Source: Octopus sinensis (taxonomy: Eukaryota). Taken from it: a stretch of 64,000 nt of DNA. The translations under genes and the position numbers were made by a program. Shown one piece after another: positions 11,900-24,532 of the stretch (its first letter is position 1; every line of letters begins with the position of its first letter). The notes below the pieces were generated by a model, which worked only from the letters and a program-made list of their open reading frames with translations, did no database searches and was not told the origin of the DNA. Where the stretch lies: positions 11,098,001-11,162,000 of the forward strand of contig NC_043011.1 of assembly GCF_006345805.1 (NCBI RefSeq). The letters are read 5' to 3'.

Positions 11900-12720
11900 A
11901 AGCAAGGAACAAATGACTCTGTAAATAACTCAAGCATAGAAATACTTTCAAGGATCTTTAAAACTGAAAAAAACACCTTTACCAAATAATCACATGGATA
12001 AATTTAAACAGAATTTGTGGACTACCATAAAAAACTTGAAATTAAAAAAAAACACCCTCTAAGAAATTAAGATCACCGAAGAAAACGCAAGAACCTTATA
12101 CACGAAATTAGATCTAAAAATGGAATACTTATTCATTCTGATAAAATCTGAAGCACATATAATCTGAGTATTGAAACATAATTTACTCCATAAAGAAATA
12201 ATATAAAAATATAAAGTAGTAAGCTATAATATACTCAAATTAATTAACACAGTTGCTAAGAAAATTATATATGAATATAACATTCAAGACAAAACTGAGC
12301 CTTTTGTACCTGTAAGGCCCTGCATCACTCTTAAGGACCACAAAGAAAACTTTTTAAGTGATCCTAAGGTTCGGCTGCCCTGCAAAATCTGATTTAGGCT
12401 AACTTAGTAAAATTATCCTGGACAAATATAAACCTTCACTTGAAAATAAAATAACTCTAGAATCATGTTCTAATATGCAGAACATATTAACTTGGTTTTC
12501 TAATATTCGGCATAAATGCAAATAGGGATTCCTGTAGATTGATATTGAAAATTACTATTTCTATATAAATCCTTCTGTATTAAATAGTGCTCTCTTTTTT
12601 TCTAGAAAAAATACGAATATTTCTCTGAAGGAAATTAATGTAATTCTTACAGCTCGTAAATCAATTATAAAATTCAATAATAAATTATGGACCAGGAAGG
12701 ATACCCCTGACTAATAGACG
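11900..12720 (+). mobile_element. Degenerate Penelope-like RT region
   Basis: Read-through of broken frames gives INTVAKKII..ITLKDHKENFLSDPKVRL..PAKSDLG..SKIILDK, a pattern recalled from PLE RT N-termini. Confidence 0.6.
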
Positions 12721-12946
12721 TATGGAACTTATTAAGAAGACTATAAATTCTTTAAGAGATTCAGCCTTACTATCACTATAGAGAGAGAATATAACTCTTA
12801 ATTTCTTAGTTTTTTTTTTAATGGTTCATGTAGGCCTGTTACTAAATTAACGTTAGCATCCAACATAAATATTAAGTACATGCATTCCCAAAATAATCAT
12901 TCAGTCTCAATTAAAAATCCACTTTTAGTATGAACGTATGCCTATA

Positions 12947-13348
12947 TACTCTTTACTCTCTCTTTTACTTGTTTCAGTCATTTGACTGCGGCCATGCTGG
13001 AGCACCACCTTTAATCGAGCAACTCGACCCCGGGACTTACTCTTTTGTAAGCCCAGTACTTATTCTATCGGTCTCTTTTGCTGAACTGCTAAGTAACGGG
13101 AACATAAACACACCAGCATCGGTTGTCAAGCAATGCTAGGGGGACAAACACAGACACACAAACATACACGCACACATAGATATATACATATATACGACGG
13201 GTTTCCGTCTACCAAATCCACTCACAAGGCTTTGGTCGGCCCGTGGCTATAGCAGAAGACACTTGCCCAAGGTGCCATGCAGTGGGACTGAACCCAGAAC
13301 CATGTGGTTGGTAAGCAAGCTACTTACCACACAGCCACTCCTGCGCCT
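12947..13348 (-). mobile_element. tRNA-headed SINE (family A; CCTTGGGCAAG core, internal (TA)n)
   Basis: Family match; other copies at 17895-18347, 20385-20835, 21350-21733, 36681-37072, 37453-38058, 42984-43290, 44437-44818, 49358-49738, 50870-51190, 51783-52970, 53624-56060 and 63660-64000. Confidence 0.88.
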
Positions 13349-13464
13349 ATACGTATGTTCCATACACACACACACACACACATTTATAATACCATTTTTT
13401 ATATGTGTGAGTTATAACTATATGTACATCTGTGTGGCATTTCTTTCTCTTTGCACTGGTATGA

Positions 13465-13501
<37 letters not shown>

Positions 13502-13757
13502 CGTACTGTGTTCCTTTATGTATACCCTAATCTAAAATCAACTGGAATTCCTATATCTATGTATACTAATTATGCCTCTACTCACGTATTAGTATATACT
13601 AACAATTTCTTCCCTTAGTTTTTTTATGACATATATAAATTATTTTGTATGTTTTGTATACTTATGTGTCCCTTCTACTCATAAATTTTTCTTATATTCA
13701 TAATACACAATAATCTTCTATTACTTGAATATTAATTACTAACATAATACCTATTTT

Positions 13758-13983
13758 TTTACTACCCACAAGGGGCTAAACACAGAGGGGGCAAACAAGG
13801 ACAGACAAACGGATTAAGTCAATTAAATCGACCTCAGTGCGTAACTGGTACTTAATTTATCGACCCCAAAAGGATGAAAGGCATAGTCGACCTCGGCGGA
13901 ATTTGAACTCAGAACGTAACGGCAGACGAAATACCGCCAAGCATTTCGCCCGGCGTGCTAACGTTTCTGCCAGCTCACCACCT
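13758..13983 (-). mobile_element. tRNA-headed SINE (family B)
   Basis: GGCAGAAACGTTAGCACGCCGGGCGAAATG..GAGTTCAAATTCCGCCGAGGTCGAC; second copy at 43385-43612 (+). Confidence 0.8.
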
Positions 13984-14319
13984 TACATAATACCACTATA
14001 TACTTCCCTCTCACTTTATGTTAAGCTAGTTCCTTAACTCATTCTTAAACATAGTCAACCTTACATATTGATAAATATAATTTAAGCCCTCTATTTTTTT
14101 CTCTTTTTCATTCCTATCTCTATTATCTCCCCTACATTATTTCTCAGTTCACTACATCCAATAATAAAACCTCTGAGCGTTCTTTTTCATCTTTATAGCC
14201 ACAGCAAGTATTTACTACCCAAATCTGTAATATTAACAACTATTTTTCTGCTTTTTTTTTTTTTACCTTATATCTAATACATACAAGCTAATATTAGTTT
14301 TTATACAAGCACAACTCCA

Positions 14320-14733
14320 GGATCTTTTCAGTTTGAATGGCAGTTTTTAACATAATTTCTAGGTAACTAAAAAATTTTAAACTTCGTATACTGGTAGAAT
14401 ATGTTTATAAAACATCTTTTTCTCTTGGCTTTATTGAGAAAATTCTATAGTTTGTAAGATATTTGTTGTTTTTTTTCTTCAATTTCTGCAATTTCAACCA
14501 ATCACTAGCGTCTATTGAGGTAAAACATTCTGTGCCGTATGAATATGTCCTTCGTTTAAGAAACAGATTGGGTTTATTTATATTTGTGAAGAAAAAAAGA
14601 TACCCTTGCCCCCACCTCTAACCCTAACCCTAAACAGATTGAAATGCAATAGATCGATACTAGGGTCATAATTATGGGTGACAATTTCATATGACACCAT
14701 TAGAAAAAACTGCCGTTCAAACTGAAAAGATCC
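14320..14733. mobile_element. Merlin-like MITE, complete
   Basis: Both TIRs plus a perfect 8-bp TSD CAACTCCA. Confidence 0.88.
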
Positions 14734-15043
14734 CAACTCCATTTTACGTAGATTTTTATTTTGCTATATATATATATGTGTAGCATTAAAATTATATTAG
14801 GCAAAATCTCTTCAGAGGGGTAGGAAAAAGATATTCTGTTAGGTTTCGGATATGTTGTATTTTAGAATCATCACAGCAGACCATCCAACCATGCCAGCAT
14901 GTAAAATGGTCATTAAATGATGATGGTGGTATAATATATGTATATGAATATATAAATAAGGATAATATCGATATTTAAATATCGATATTATCAAGTGGCC
15001 AGCATGGGAAAAAATACCATACAAAGGTAATAATTTTTTACAA

Positions 15044-15301
15044 CTAAAAATAAGGGTGTCTGAGAGACACCACTATGCCGAAATAGCAGTCGAATCCCTG
15101 ACTCTAAAAACCACATTAAATGTTCATATCGCACCATGAGATAAGACAGAGGGACAAAATAGACTAGCAAAAAGATATTACTGAATAATTCAAGATCCTG
15201 GATTTCTAGCTTTGCTTTAAATAAGCTTTGCCGTCATCAGTTGAATATATCAAAAGCACATGTGCTTTTGATATGTGTCTCTCAGACACCCTTATTTTTA
15301 G
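15044..15301. mobile_element. Short inverted-repeat element carrying a hammerhead-like motif
   Basis: Perfect 27-bp inverted arms 15044-15070 and 15275-15301; internal 28-bp palindrome 15247-15274. Confidence 0.6.
15188..15246 (-). ncRNA. Type I hammerhead ribozyme motif (imperfect stem II)
   Basis: ATTCAA-CTGATGA-stem II-GAAA-TC(CAG)GA-TC-TTGAAT; 6-bp stem I, AUC triplet. Confidence 0.55.
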
Positions 15302-15976
15302 TATGTATATGAATATATATATGTGTATGTGTGTGAATATGCATAATTGTGTATATGTGTACAAGCCTGTTAATGCTGGTTGAAACAAAGTCCCTTATAC
15401 CGTTTTGACATGACTTCGTCACATGCATGTAGTACCCTTTCTTTAAAAGATTTTCACAAATCCGATGCATCAATGCTTACCAACTCCCCAACTCTCTCTT
15501 CAAACCTTGCTCTTCTTCTTCTTCTGCTTCCACACCCTTCTTTCAACCATTCCCTGGAAGTGATTGATAGGTAGGCAGAGAAAGAGGTACAATGGGAGAT
15601 GGAAATTGGAGGTATGTAGATGTGAGTATAGTGAGTGGCAAATGAATTACCAGGGTGCAGTCATTAGATGTAGCTCGGTGAAAGAGAGAGATAAGTAGTG
15701 GCATGTAAGCATTGGAGAATTAAAGGGGGATGGGATCCTACTGAGGTTGTGTTTCTGTATCTGTTAAGTAAAAAACAAAAACAAATTTACTAAAACCAAA
15801 TCTATGACAAAGTGAAACCATGTAAACCAATAAACAACTATATTTGAGTGTTAGTAACTGTAAAAGTTGTTTCCTGTAATACATTTTACATACATGATAC
15901 AGCAGCAACTTTCTGAATATATCTTTCTCTAACACAAGTTAATGTATTTATATCTTTTCTTATATATTTTTTCCAG

Positions 15977-16085
15977 AAAATTCTTCCATCAGAATTGACA
16001 CAAATTTTTGAAACTCAGTTGTTTCCGTGGAATGATCCTAAATATCTCAAGCCAGAAGATGATGAAGATCCAATGCTTATGTTAG
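15977..16085 (+). CDS. PRMT3: PRMT3 exon 3
   Basis: AG/GT boundaries, phase 0 to 1; FPWNDPKYLKPEDDEDPMLML resembles PRMT3 PWxxEEYLKPVLEDDLLL. Confidence 0.88.
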
Positions 16086-16129
16086 GTGAGTTCCTGACTT
16101 ATATTTTAATGGCTCTTTAGGCACAGGCT

Positions 16130-16790
16130 GGTTTTATAGTTATTACATTAGGGGATGACACTCCACCTTCATCAACAGTGCAAGTGTGGGCAGCTTAATT
16201 TGGGAGGGGAAGAAGAGTCTTGAAGATGACCCAAAGTCTAGACATCCTACAACTGCAACCACCAAGGAAAACATTGACTGTGGTCACCACATGGTCATGG
16301 ATGATAGGTGATTGATTATAAATCATATGTTGTTTGTTACTTCTGGAGCCATGCCTGGCTCATAAGAGCCAGTTTCCCGGTTTCCTTGGCATATAGGTTC
16401 CCCACCTGGATGGGATGCCGGTCTGTCACAGGTGAGCTGCTAGATGCAGGTGGTAAGATTGAGAGAAAGTTGTGGCAAAAGAGTCAGCAGAAGTTCACCA
16501 TTACCTTCTGCTGGAGCTGTGTGGAGCTCAGGTATTTCACTCATAAACACACACATTGCCTGGTCTGAGATCCGAACCCATACTGCTCTAACCACTAGAC
16601 CATATACCTCAACATAAATCATATAGTTAGTGTTATTAGTATATCCCATGAGAGAGTTCAGAATATTATGCACAACAAACTTGGCATGGAGAAGGTTTCT
16701 GTCAAGTGGGTGCCATGTATTCTGACAGCTTACAAGAGCACACCGGACTGGTCACATCATGTTGTAATTTGCTTCACCAGGCTTTGAAGT
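16130..16790 (+). mobile_element. Mariner transposase remnant split by a SINE
   Basis: GRRSLEDDPKSRHPTTATTKENI and LGMEKVSVKWVP fragments. Confidence 0.7.
16329..16612 (-). mobile_element. tRNA-headed SINE (family C)
   Basis: TSD ATAAATCATAT; same family at 35691-35999 and 40301-40580. Confidence 0.82.
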
Positions 16791-17599
16791 ATAGTTGTTT
16801 TTTTTATGTTCTTAAAAGGAGCTTCCCTTGATGAAATACTGCAGCTTAAAAGCATTTAATATCTGGAGGTGGTGGTTGAAGTCAATGATGATTTTATTGA
16901 AAAAAATTTAATCTTTAGTATTTCATGGTATTGCTATGTAAATTTGGTAAATGTATCTGTTAGAACGAGATGTCTGTGTTATTTTCGTTTTTGTATAATT
17001 TAGACGACAGTTTATTCATTGCACCCTGTACTTCAGGCCAGTGGTTCAAATATGTTTCAAGGAGGAATTGAGTATACACCACTGAACAGAAACGACAATG
17101 AAAGGCATACCTTGTTTTGTATAATTCCATCATCATCATCATCATCGTTTAACGTCCGCTTCCCATGCTAGCATGGGTTGGACGGTTCGACTGGGGTCTG
17201 GGAAGCCAGAAGGCTGCACCAGGCCCAGTCTGATCTGGCAGTGTTTCCACAGCTGGATGCCCTTCATAACGCCAACCACTCCGTGAGTGTAGTGGGTGCT
17301 TTTTACGTGCCAGGCGAGGCTGGCAATGGCCACGATCGGTTGGTTCTTTTTATGTGCCACCGGCACAGAGGCCAGTCGGGGCGGCGCTGGCAATGGCCAC
17401 GTTCGGATGGTTCTTTTACGTGCCACCAGCACTGGCATCACAACTACAATTTCCATTTGATTTTTGAGCGATTTCGATTCCAATTTTGATTTACAAAACC
17501 TCATCTTTACAAATTGTAGATAAAAAACGAAAAAATTGGTTACCATGGTTATATTTTTTTTGCTTACTTAGCATTATCTTTCTTGCTTTTGTTTTTCAG

Positions 17600-17828
17600 A
17601 AATTGTTCCTTGCAATTTTGATGAAAGTGGTCCAAGTCGTGTAAATCCTGTTGACCCACAAGTTCCTATTGGCACTGCAGAAAATGGTTTAGATTCAACG
17701 TTTGGAATGAATAATGGTTACAACATGACAATATCTGAACTGGGTGAAAAACTAAAAATTTCTGAAAATAGGTGCCACACGTTAACTGATGCGTTAAGAC
17801 GAGCTGTCAGTGACCTAAATAAAGTCAG
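17600..17828 (+). CDS. PRMT3: PRMT3 exon 4 (linker/coiled-coil)
   Basis: AG/GT boundaries; open frame with phases 1 and 2 matching the flanking exons. Confidence 0.8.
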
Positions 17829-17894
17829 GTACATAAGACACCTTTTACATACCCTCACTGATGTCATCATTAGAATTTTTCATGTTTTTCTCTT

Positions 17895-18095
17895 TTATTT
17901 CTCTTTTACTTGTTTCAGTCATTTGACAGCGGCCATGCTGGAGCACCGCCTTTAGTCGAGCAAATCGACCCCAGGACTTATTCTTTGTAAGCCCAGTACT
18001 TAATTCTATCGGTCTCTTTTTGCCGAACCGCTAAGTGACGGGGACGTAAACACACCAGCATCGGTTGTCAAGCAATGCTAGGGGGTCAAACACAG

Positions 18096-18178
<83 letters not shown>

Positions 18179-18347
18179 CATATATACGACAGGCTTCTTT
18201 CAGTTTCCGTCTACCAAATCCACTCAGAAGGCATTGGTCGGCCCGGGGCTATAGCAGAAGACACTTGCCCAAGATGCCACGCAGTGGGACTGAACCTGGA
18301 GCCATGTGGTTAGTTAGCAAGCTACTTACCACACAGCCACTCCTGCG
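17895..18347 (-). mobile_element. SINE family A copy
   Basis: Full head, core, expanded (TA)n and tail. Confidence 0.88.
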
Positions 18348-19099
18348 GTTATTCTATTTAGTATACATTGTTCAGGTCTGCTTATCATCACTCATCTTGA
18401 TCTTTGTCACCTCATTCATTAAATCTCCCATTCACATTAATTTAGTTTTTGTTTCAAGCATTAAAAGTTACTGGCAATATAATTGTAATGTTGGACAATA
18501 CATAGGCATGATTTGGAACCTATTTTTAGTACTTGTGACATGTTGGGGCTGCCTTCAATCTCATATGTTAGTTAAAATTGTTGATACTTTATACTTGCAA
18601 TGATCTTTATATACATGAAGATTATCTTTTACTCATCATCATCATTTAGTGTCCACTTTCCATGGGTGGATGGTTCAACTGGGGTCTGGGAAGCCAGAAG
18701 GCTGCACCAGACCCAGTCTGATCTGGAAATGTTTCTACGGCTGGATGCCTTTCCTAATGCCAACCACTCCGTGAGTGTAGTGGGTGCTTTTTACGTGCCA
18801 CCGGCACAGGTGCCAGACGAGGCTGGCAAACGGCCACGGTCGGATGGTGCTTTTTACGTGCCACCGGCACGGAGGCCCGTCGGGGTGGCGCTGGCAACGG
18901 CCACGTTTGGATGGTTCGCTTACGTGCCACTGGCTAGGTCATGCTGGAGCAGCAGGAAAAAATATGAAAATTATTTTATTGAGTCTTGGGTGGGCCATTA
19001 TACCAATAATACACATACATTGGTTCTATTCCAATTCTTTTATTATTAGTTAATAATATTTGTTAACCAATTAACTAATGAATTGTTTGATTAATTGTT

Positions 19100-20010
19100 C
19101 TGTGACTCAATCACTTCATTAGACTCAACAACTGAAGATCATATTTCACCACCTTGTCCCATGTCTTCCTGGTTCTGCCTCTTCCACAGGTTCCCTCCGT
19201 AATTAGAAATCAATACTTCTTTACGCATCGCATGACTATACCAGTACAGTCTACTCTCTTGCACACTACAGCTGATGCCTCTTATACCCAATTCTTCTCT
19301 TAAGACACACACACATGCACAGTTGTACATGCACCCTGACTTGCATGTCTTGTAGAGCATGCTGACATTATTTCTTTCAGGTCTTTGCATGTGCCCTACA
19401 GTCACAGCCCAGGTTTCACTCCTATGTAGTATGGCCGTTCGCACACAGGCATCATACAATCTGCCTTTTATTCGTAGGGGATGGCCAACAAAGGTAGCAG
19501 CCCTCTGAATGTTTCCCAACCTGTTCTTATTCTAGCTGCTATGTTCTCAGAGAATACTTCTCCACTGCTGGTTTGGTCGCCTTGGTAATGGAAGCTATCT
19601 CCTATTTCTAAGTATATCCCAGGGTATTTGACAAAATCTATTTTCTGTACATTCCTAGTGTTCATTGTACCTGCACATCTGAAAGACTATTTTCTCTGTT
19701 AACCTTCCTATGATACTGCTGCACCTTTTATGTGTCCATATTTTGCACTGGGTATACCTTAAAGAGTTTCTACCTACACCTTTTCTACATCTCCCTGAAA
19801 GGGTTTGTGATTTGTTTGTTTTCATACCTACTAGGACTTTGGTCTTTGATTCCAGACCTTGCTTCCACACCTGAAATTTTTTCTAGTTCTGGTGGTGACT
19901 CAGCACTAAGAACAAGGTCATTAGAATAGAGGATTTCCCAAGGGCAGAGGAATTTAATTCCTCTGTTATGGTCTGGAGGACTACGACAAACAAGAGGAGG
20001 CTGAGAATCG
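19100..20010 (-). mobile_element. RTE LINE RT/3' fragment
   Basis: LRIKGRLYDACVRTAILHRSETWAVT and KIWTHKRCSSIIGRL motifs. Confidence 0.85.
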
Positions 20011-20384
20011 ATCTTTGATGAACTCCTACCTATACACTGAATTCATTACTATACTTGTTGCTGACTTTTCACCTTATGTTACTGATTAATATTTTTTTCT
20101 CCCTTTTGTGGGTTGATGGGTGGTAGGGGCTGTCTAACATGTCTGATTTATACTGTGATTATCAACCAATTTAATGTCAAGATGCACAGGTACAGATCAA
20201 TAGTATATAGGCATGCACATACATGTTGTATAGGCATGGTGGTTTGTGTCATCAAAACACAGACATGCACGTATGTGTGGATTTATAAATGATCCTACAG
20301 TGTGTAGTATTGAGAAGTTTTTTTTCCCTTTTGAAGCTGGTGGCAGTGGTGGTGTGGTCATTGCATCTTCTCAGTATTTATTAA

Positions 20385-20551
20385 TAGGCGCAGGAGTGGC
20401 TGTGTGGTAAGTAGCTTGCTTACCAACCACATGGTTCCGGGTTCAGTCCCACTGCGTGGCATCTTGGGCAAGTGTCTTCTACTATAGCCTCGGGCTGACC
20501 AAAGCCTTGTGAGTGCATTTGGTAGACGGAAACTGAAAGAAGCCTGTCGTA

Positions 20552-20602
<51 letters not shown>

Positions 20603-20835
20603 TATATATATATTTATGTGTGTGTATGTTTGTGTGTCTGTGTTTGTTCCCCTAGCATTGCTTGACAACTGATGCTGGTGTGTTTACGTCGCCGTCACTT
20701 AGTGGTTCGGCAAAAGAGACCTATAGAATAAGTACTGGGCTTACAAAGAATAAGTCCCGGGGTTGATTTGCTCGACTAAAGGTGGTGCTCCAGCATGGCC
20801 GCAGTCAAATGACTGAAACAAGTAAAAGAGTAATG
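20385..20835 (+). mobile_element. SINE family A copy
   Basis: Full-length family match. Confidence 0.88.
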
Positions 20836-21199
20836 AGTACTTATCACTATATTCTCTTCACTGAATTTCTATTCTTTCAGCTTGGCTCCTCGCAATTTTC
20901 CTACATATGCTGTGGTCAAGTTCTTATATTTACCTTCAATGCATTTTAACCAATAAACTATATTCCTTGTTCTACGGTTAATCTTTGGGTTTGCATTACA
21001 CAAAATACAGTTCCCATTAAAGCACATGGTCCTTCAAATGGGTATGTTCTATATATCAAATGGATTTCCCTGGTTTCTCTACCACTTAATTCTAAGTTTA
21101 ACATCACTCAAAGCTATACTAAAATTAGGGGCTAATTCTCCATTGAAAGTTGTCACTATAATACCAAGAGTTTACATTTACCTTACCTACTTCCTTACT

Positions 21200-23065
21200 A
21201 ATCCTTTCTCGCCTATTTCATGGTTTTGTTCAATCACTTACCTCCTCCTCCACCACCCCACTCTATTATAAGCTTGCTCTCTCAGATTCCTACTACATTT
21301 CAGTAACCCCACCAAAAGAATACAGCCAGGTGTTGTTCAGATAAGGAATTTTACTTGTTTCAGTCATTTGACTGTGGCCATGCTGGACCACCGCCTTTAG
21401 TCAAGCAAATCAACTCCAGGACTTATTCTTTGTAAGCCTAGTTCTTATTCTATCGGTCTCCTTTGCCGAACCGCTAAGTGACGGGGACGTAAACACACCA
21501 GCATCAGTTGTCAAGCGATGCTGGGGGAACAAACACATACACACACGTATATATACATATACATATATACGACGGGCTTCTTTCAGTTTCCGTCTACCAA
21601 ATTCACTCACAAGGCTTTGGTCGGCCCGAGGCTATACTAGAAGACAATTGCCCAAGGTGCCACGCAGTGAGACTGAACCCGGAACTGTGTGGTTGGTAAG
21701 CAAGCTACTTACCACACAGCCACTCCTGCGCCTATCTTGTTTTCTTTTAATTTTTTTTCTCTACTTTTTCCAACTCAGTACATCTATTACCTCTATTTCA
21801 GCGCAGATCATCATCATCGTTTAACGTTCGCTTTCCATGCTAGCATGGGTTGGACGATTTTGACTGAGGGCTGGCGAACCAGATGGCTGCACCAGGCTCC
21901 AATCTTGATCTGGTAGAGTTTCTACAGATCAAGATTGGAGTCTGGTGCAGCCATCTGGTTCGCCAGTCCCCAGTCAAAATCGTCCAACACATGCTAGCAT
22001 GGAAAGCAGATGTTAAACGATGATGATGATGATGACAGAAAATGAAAACTATGTTTACAGAACTAAGAGGGGATTATGATCTGCACTGAAATAGAGGTGA
22101 TAGATGTACTTAAAAACACTTAAGTTCACACGAATACCCTTATCATCACTCATTCATTCATTTATTTACTTTTGTCACATCATCAATTGGTCATTTCTCT
22201 AATTTTGTCACAGATTGGCTGACCGAATATTCTGATTTTAAATTTCTATTTACTATTAATTTGCTGTTTCATTAAAATTATGTTTAGCAAAAACCCCAAA
22301 AGAATTATCTTTCTCCCCCTCGTGTTCTATCCCAACATCGACATTGTTTTTCTCTCTCACTCTCTCTCTCCCTGTTTCAATAACCACTTGCTTCTCCAAT
22401 CACTTAACCTCCTCCTCCTCCACCGTCCCACTCTATATAAACTTACTCTCTCGGATTCCTACTACATTTCAATAACCCCGCCAAAAGAATACAGATCCAG
22501 CCAGATGATGTTGTTCAGATAAGGACTCTTGTTTTTTTTTTTTTTTCCTCAGCTCTGTACATCTTTCGCCTCTATTTCAGCACAGGTCATAATCCCATCT
22601 TAGTTTTGTAAACATAGTTTTTGTCTTCCGTCTTAAAAACAAACTTAAGTTCACATGAATACACCCTATCATCACTCATTTATTCATTCATCTATTTACT
22701 TTTGTCACATCGTCAATTAGTCATTTCTCTAATTTTGTCACAGATTGGCTGACCGAATATTCTAAGATTTTAAAATTTTATTTACTATGGCTGTTGCCAG
22801 CCTCGCCTGGCCCCCGTGCTGGTGGCACGTAGAAAGCACCATCCGTCCGTGGCCGTTTGCCAGCCCCATCTGGCACCTGTGCGGGTGGCACATAAAAAGC
22901 ACCCACTACACTCACGGAGTGGTTGGCATTAGGAAGGGCATCCAGCCGTAGAAACACTGCCAGATCAGACTGGGCCTGATGCAGCCTTCTGGCTTCCCAG
23001 ACCCCAGTTGAACCGTCCAACCCATGCTAGCACGGAAAGCGGACACTAAATGATGATGATGATGA
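21200..23065. repeat. Local tandem duplication with internal inversion and RTE-tail foldback
   Basis: 21200-21345 matches 22340-22527; 22112-22255 matches 22632-22775; 22036-22110 is the inverse of 22556-22630; hairpin at 21806-22035. Confidence 0.75.
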
Positions 23066-23329
23066 TTAATATGCTATTCCTAACACCGGTATTGTTGTTT
23101 TGCGGTGTGCTTGCGCTCCCCTCCCCACCACCAGATCCTGAAGTCCCTATTCTTGGACATCTTTCGGTTGTCTTCCATGAACACTTCTAAAGGCTTAATG
23201 CCATCCCTACCCCTACTTAAAGGTCTATCTCCTATGTAAGGTTGTGATCATATAGCGCATAAAAATGATGGTGTAGTGTATGCAGGTTGAAGGCCATTGT
23301 TTGTTTATGAATTCTGCCAAATGCGAGCT

Positions 23330-23540
23330 TCCATTCCAGGTACATGATGCTGCTGTCTCTCATCCGAGTGTCACATGGGCCCACACCTCAAGGTTAAACA
23401 CACTCAACGTGGGCACACTGAAAGGAAGATCTGGTGAGATTGTTGAGATGCTTGAACAGAGACGTGTAGATTTTGTGATGCATCCAAGAAGTAAGGTGGA
23501 GAGGAGGTTCTGCTAGGTTCCTCACAGGCAAAGAACATAA
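23330..23540 (+). mobile_element. RTE endonuclease N-terminal fragment
   Basis: LNTLNVGTLKGRSGEIVEMLEQRRVDF. Confidence 0.8.
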
Positions 23541-23605
23541 ATATTTATTCTGAATGATATTTATTGTTCCCATATTGTAGATGATTTTTTTAATCTGGAG
23601 TTTAA

Positions 23606-24072
23606 CCCATTTGTTACTGTATATATTTTGAGATGCTCAGTGTTTCTTTCAATTACTTTAAATATAACAAAGAATTTAGTAAAATAACTTAGTTATCATT
23701 AAGCTAGTGTTAGGAACATAAATTGTGACTAAGGTTTGGTGGAAGATTTTAATTCAAAACTTATGAAAACAAGACATTTGTACTACAGAACCAGAAGTGG
23801 TTTCTGCTAGGCTGGTATCAAAAAGGTTAAGAATTGTTTCTCTATTATATATATTTTAACCCTTTTGTTACTGTATTTATTTTTGAGATGCTCTGTGTTT
23901 CTTTCAATTACTTTAAATATAACAAATAATTTAGTAAAATAACTTTGTTATCATTAAGCTAGTGTTAAGAACATAAATTGTGACTAAGGTTTGGTGGAAG
24001 ATTTTAATTCAAAACTTATGAAAACAAGACATAGAGCCAGAGCCAGTATCAGCCGGGTTAGTAACAAAAGGG
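23606..24072. mobile_element. Two adjacent piggyBac-like MITEs (23606-23826 and 23860-24072)
   Basis: TTAA flanks and CCC..GG(G) ends; homologous to 10380-10594. Confidence 0.82.
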
Positions 24073-24143
24073 TTAATGCACTTGTCCAATTATTCAATAT
24101 ATTGCCAAGGTAAACTAATTAAAGCTTGATAGATATTTGGCAA

Positions 24144-24251
24144 ATTATACTACACTATAATAGTATACTTATTATACTACACTATAATAGTATACTTATT
24201 ATACTACACTATAATAGTATACTTATTATACTACACTATAATAGTATACTT
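24144..24251. repeat. 27-bp minisatellite, four perfect copies
   Basis: (ATTATACTACACTATAATAGTATACTT)4. Confidence 0.95.
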
Positions 24252-24387
24252 ATATATGGATTAGTTGAAGTAGACATGTAAACTACCTCTTGATATTTAC
24301 TGCTAGATGTACTTCGTAGAGTCACCGGTTTAATTGTATTCATTTACGATTAGTGTGCTATGTACAGTAAATTTTTATTTACTTTAG

Positions 24388-24532
24388 GGACTGTGCTAAT
24401 GAATTTTACCTGAGTGCAGAATCCAACTCATCACAGTGTCAGTGCAACGCAGTGCAGAACCTAACCCAAGATGAGGACGAAGCATACTTTGGTTCTTACG
24501 GACATTTTAGTATTCACAGAGAAATGTTACAG
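24388..24532 (+). CDS. PRMT3: PRMT3 exon 5 (start of the methyltransferase domain)
   Basis: DEDEAYFGSYGHFSIHREMLQ is the type I PRMT YFxxY..H..ML helix; AG/GT boundaries, phase 2 to 0. Confidence 0.92.

Noticed and set aside
17178-17489. Recurrent ORFs such as MDGSTGVWEARRLHQAQSDL and MWLVSKLLTTQPLL
   Set aside because: Spurious translations of SINE/RTE-tail copies that recur with each repeat.
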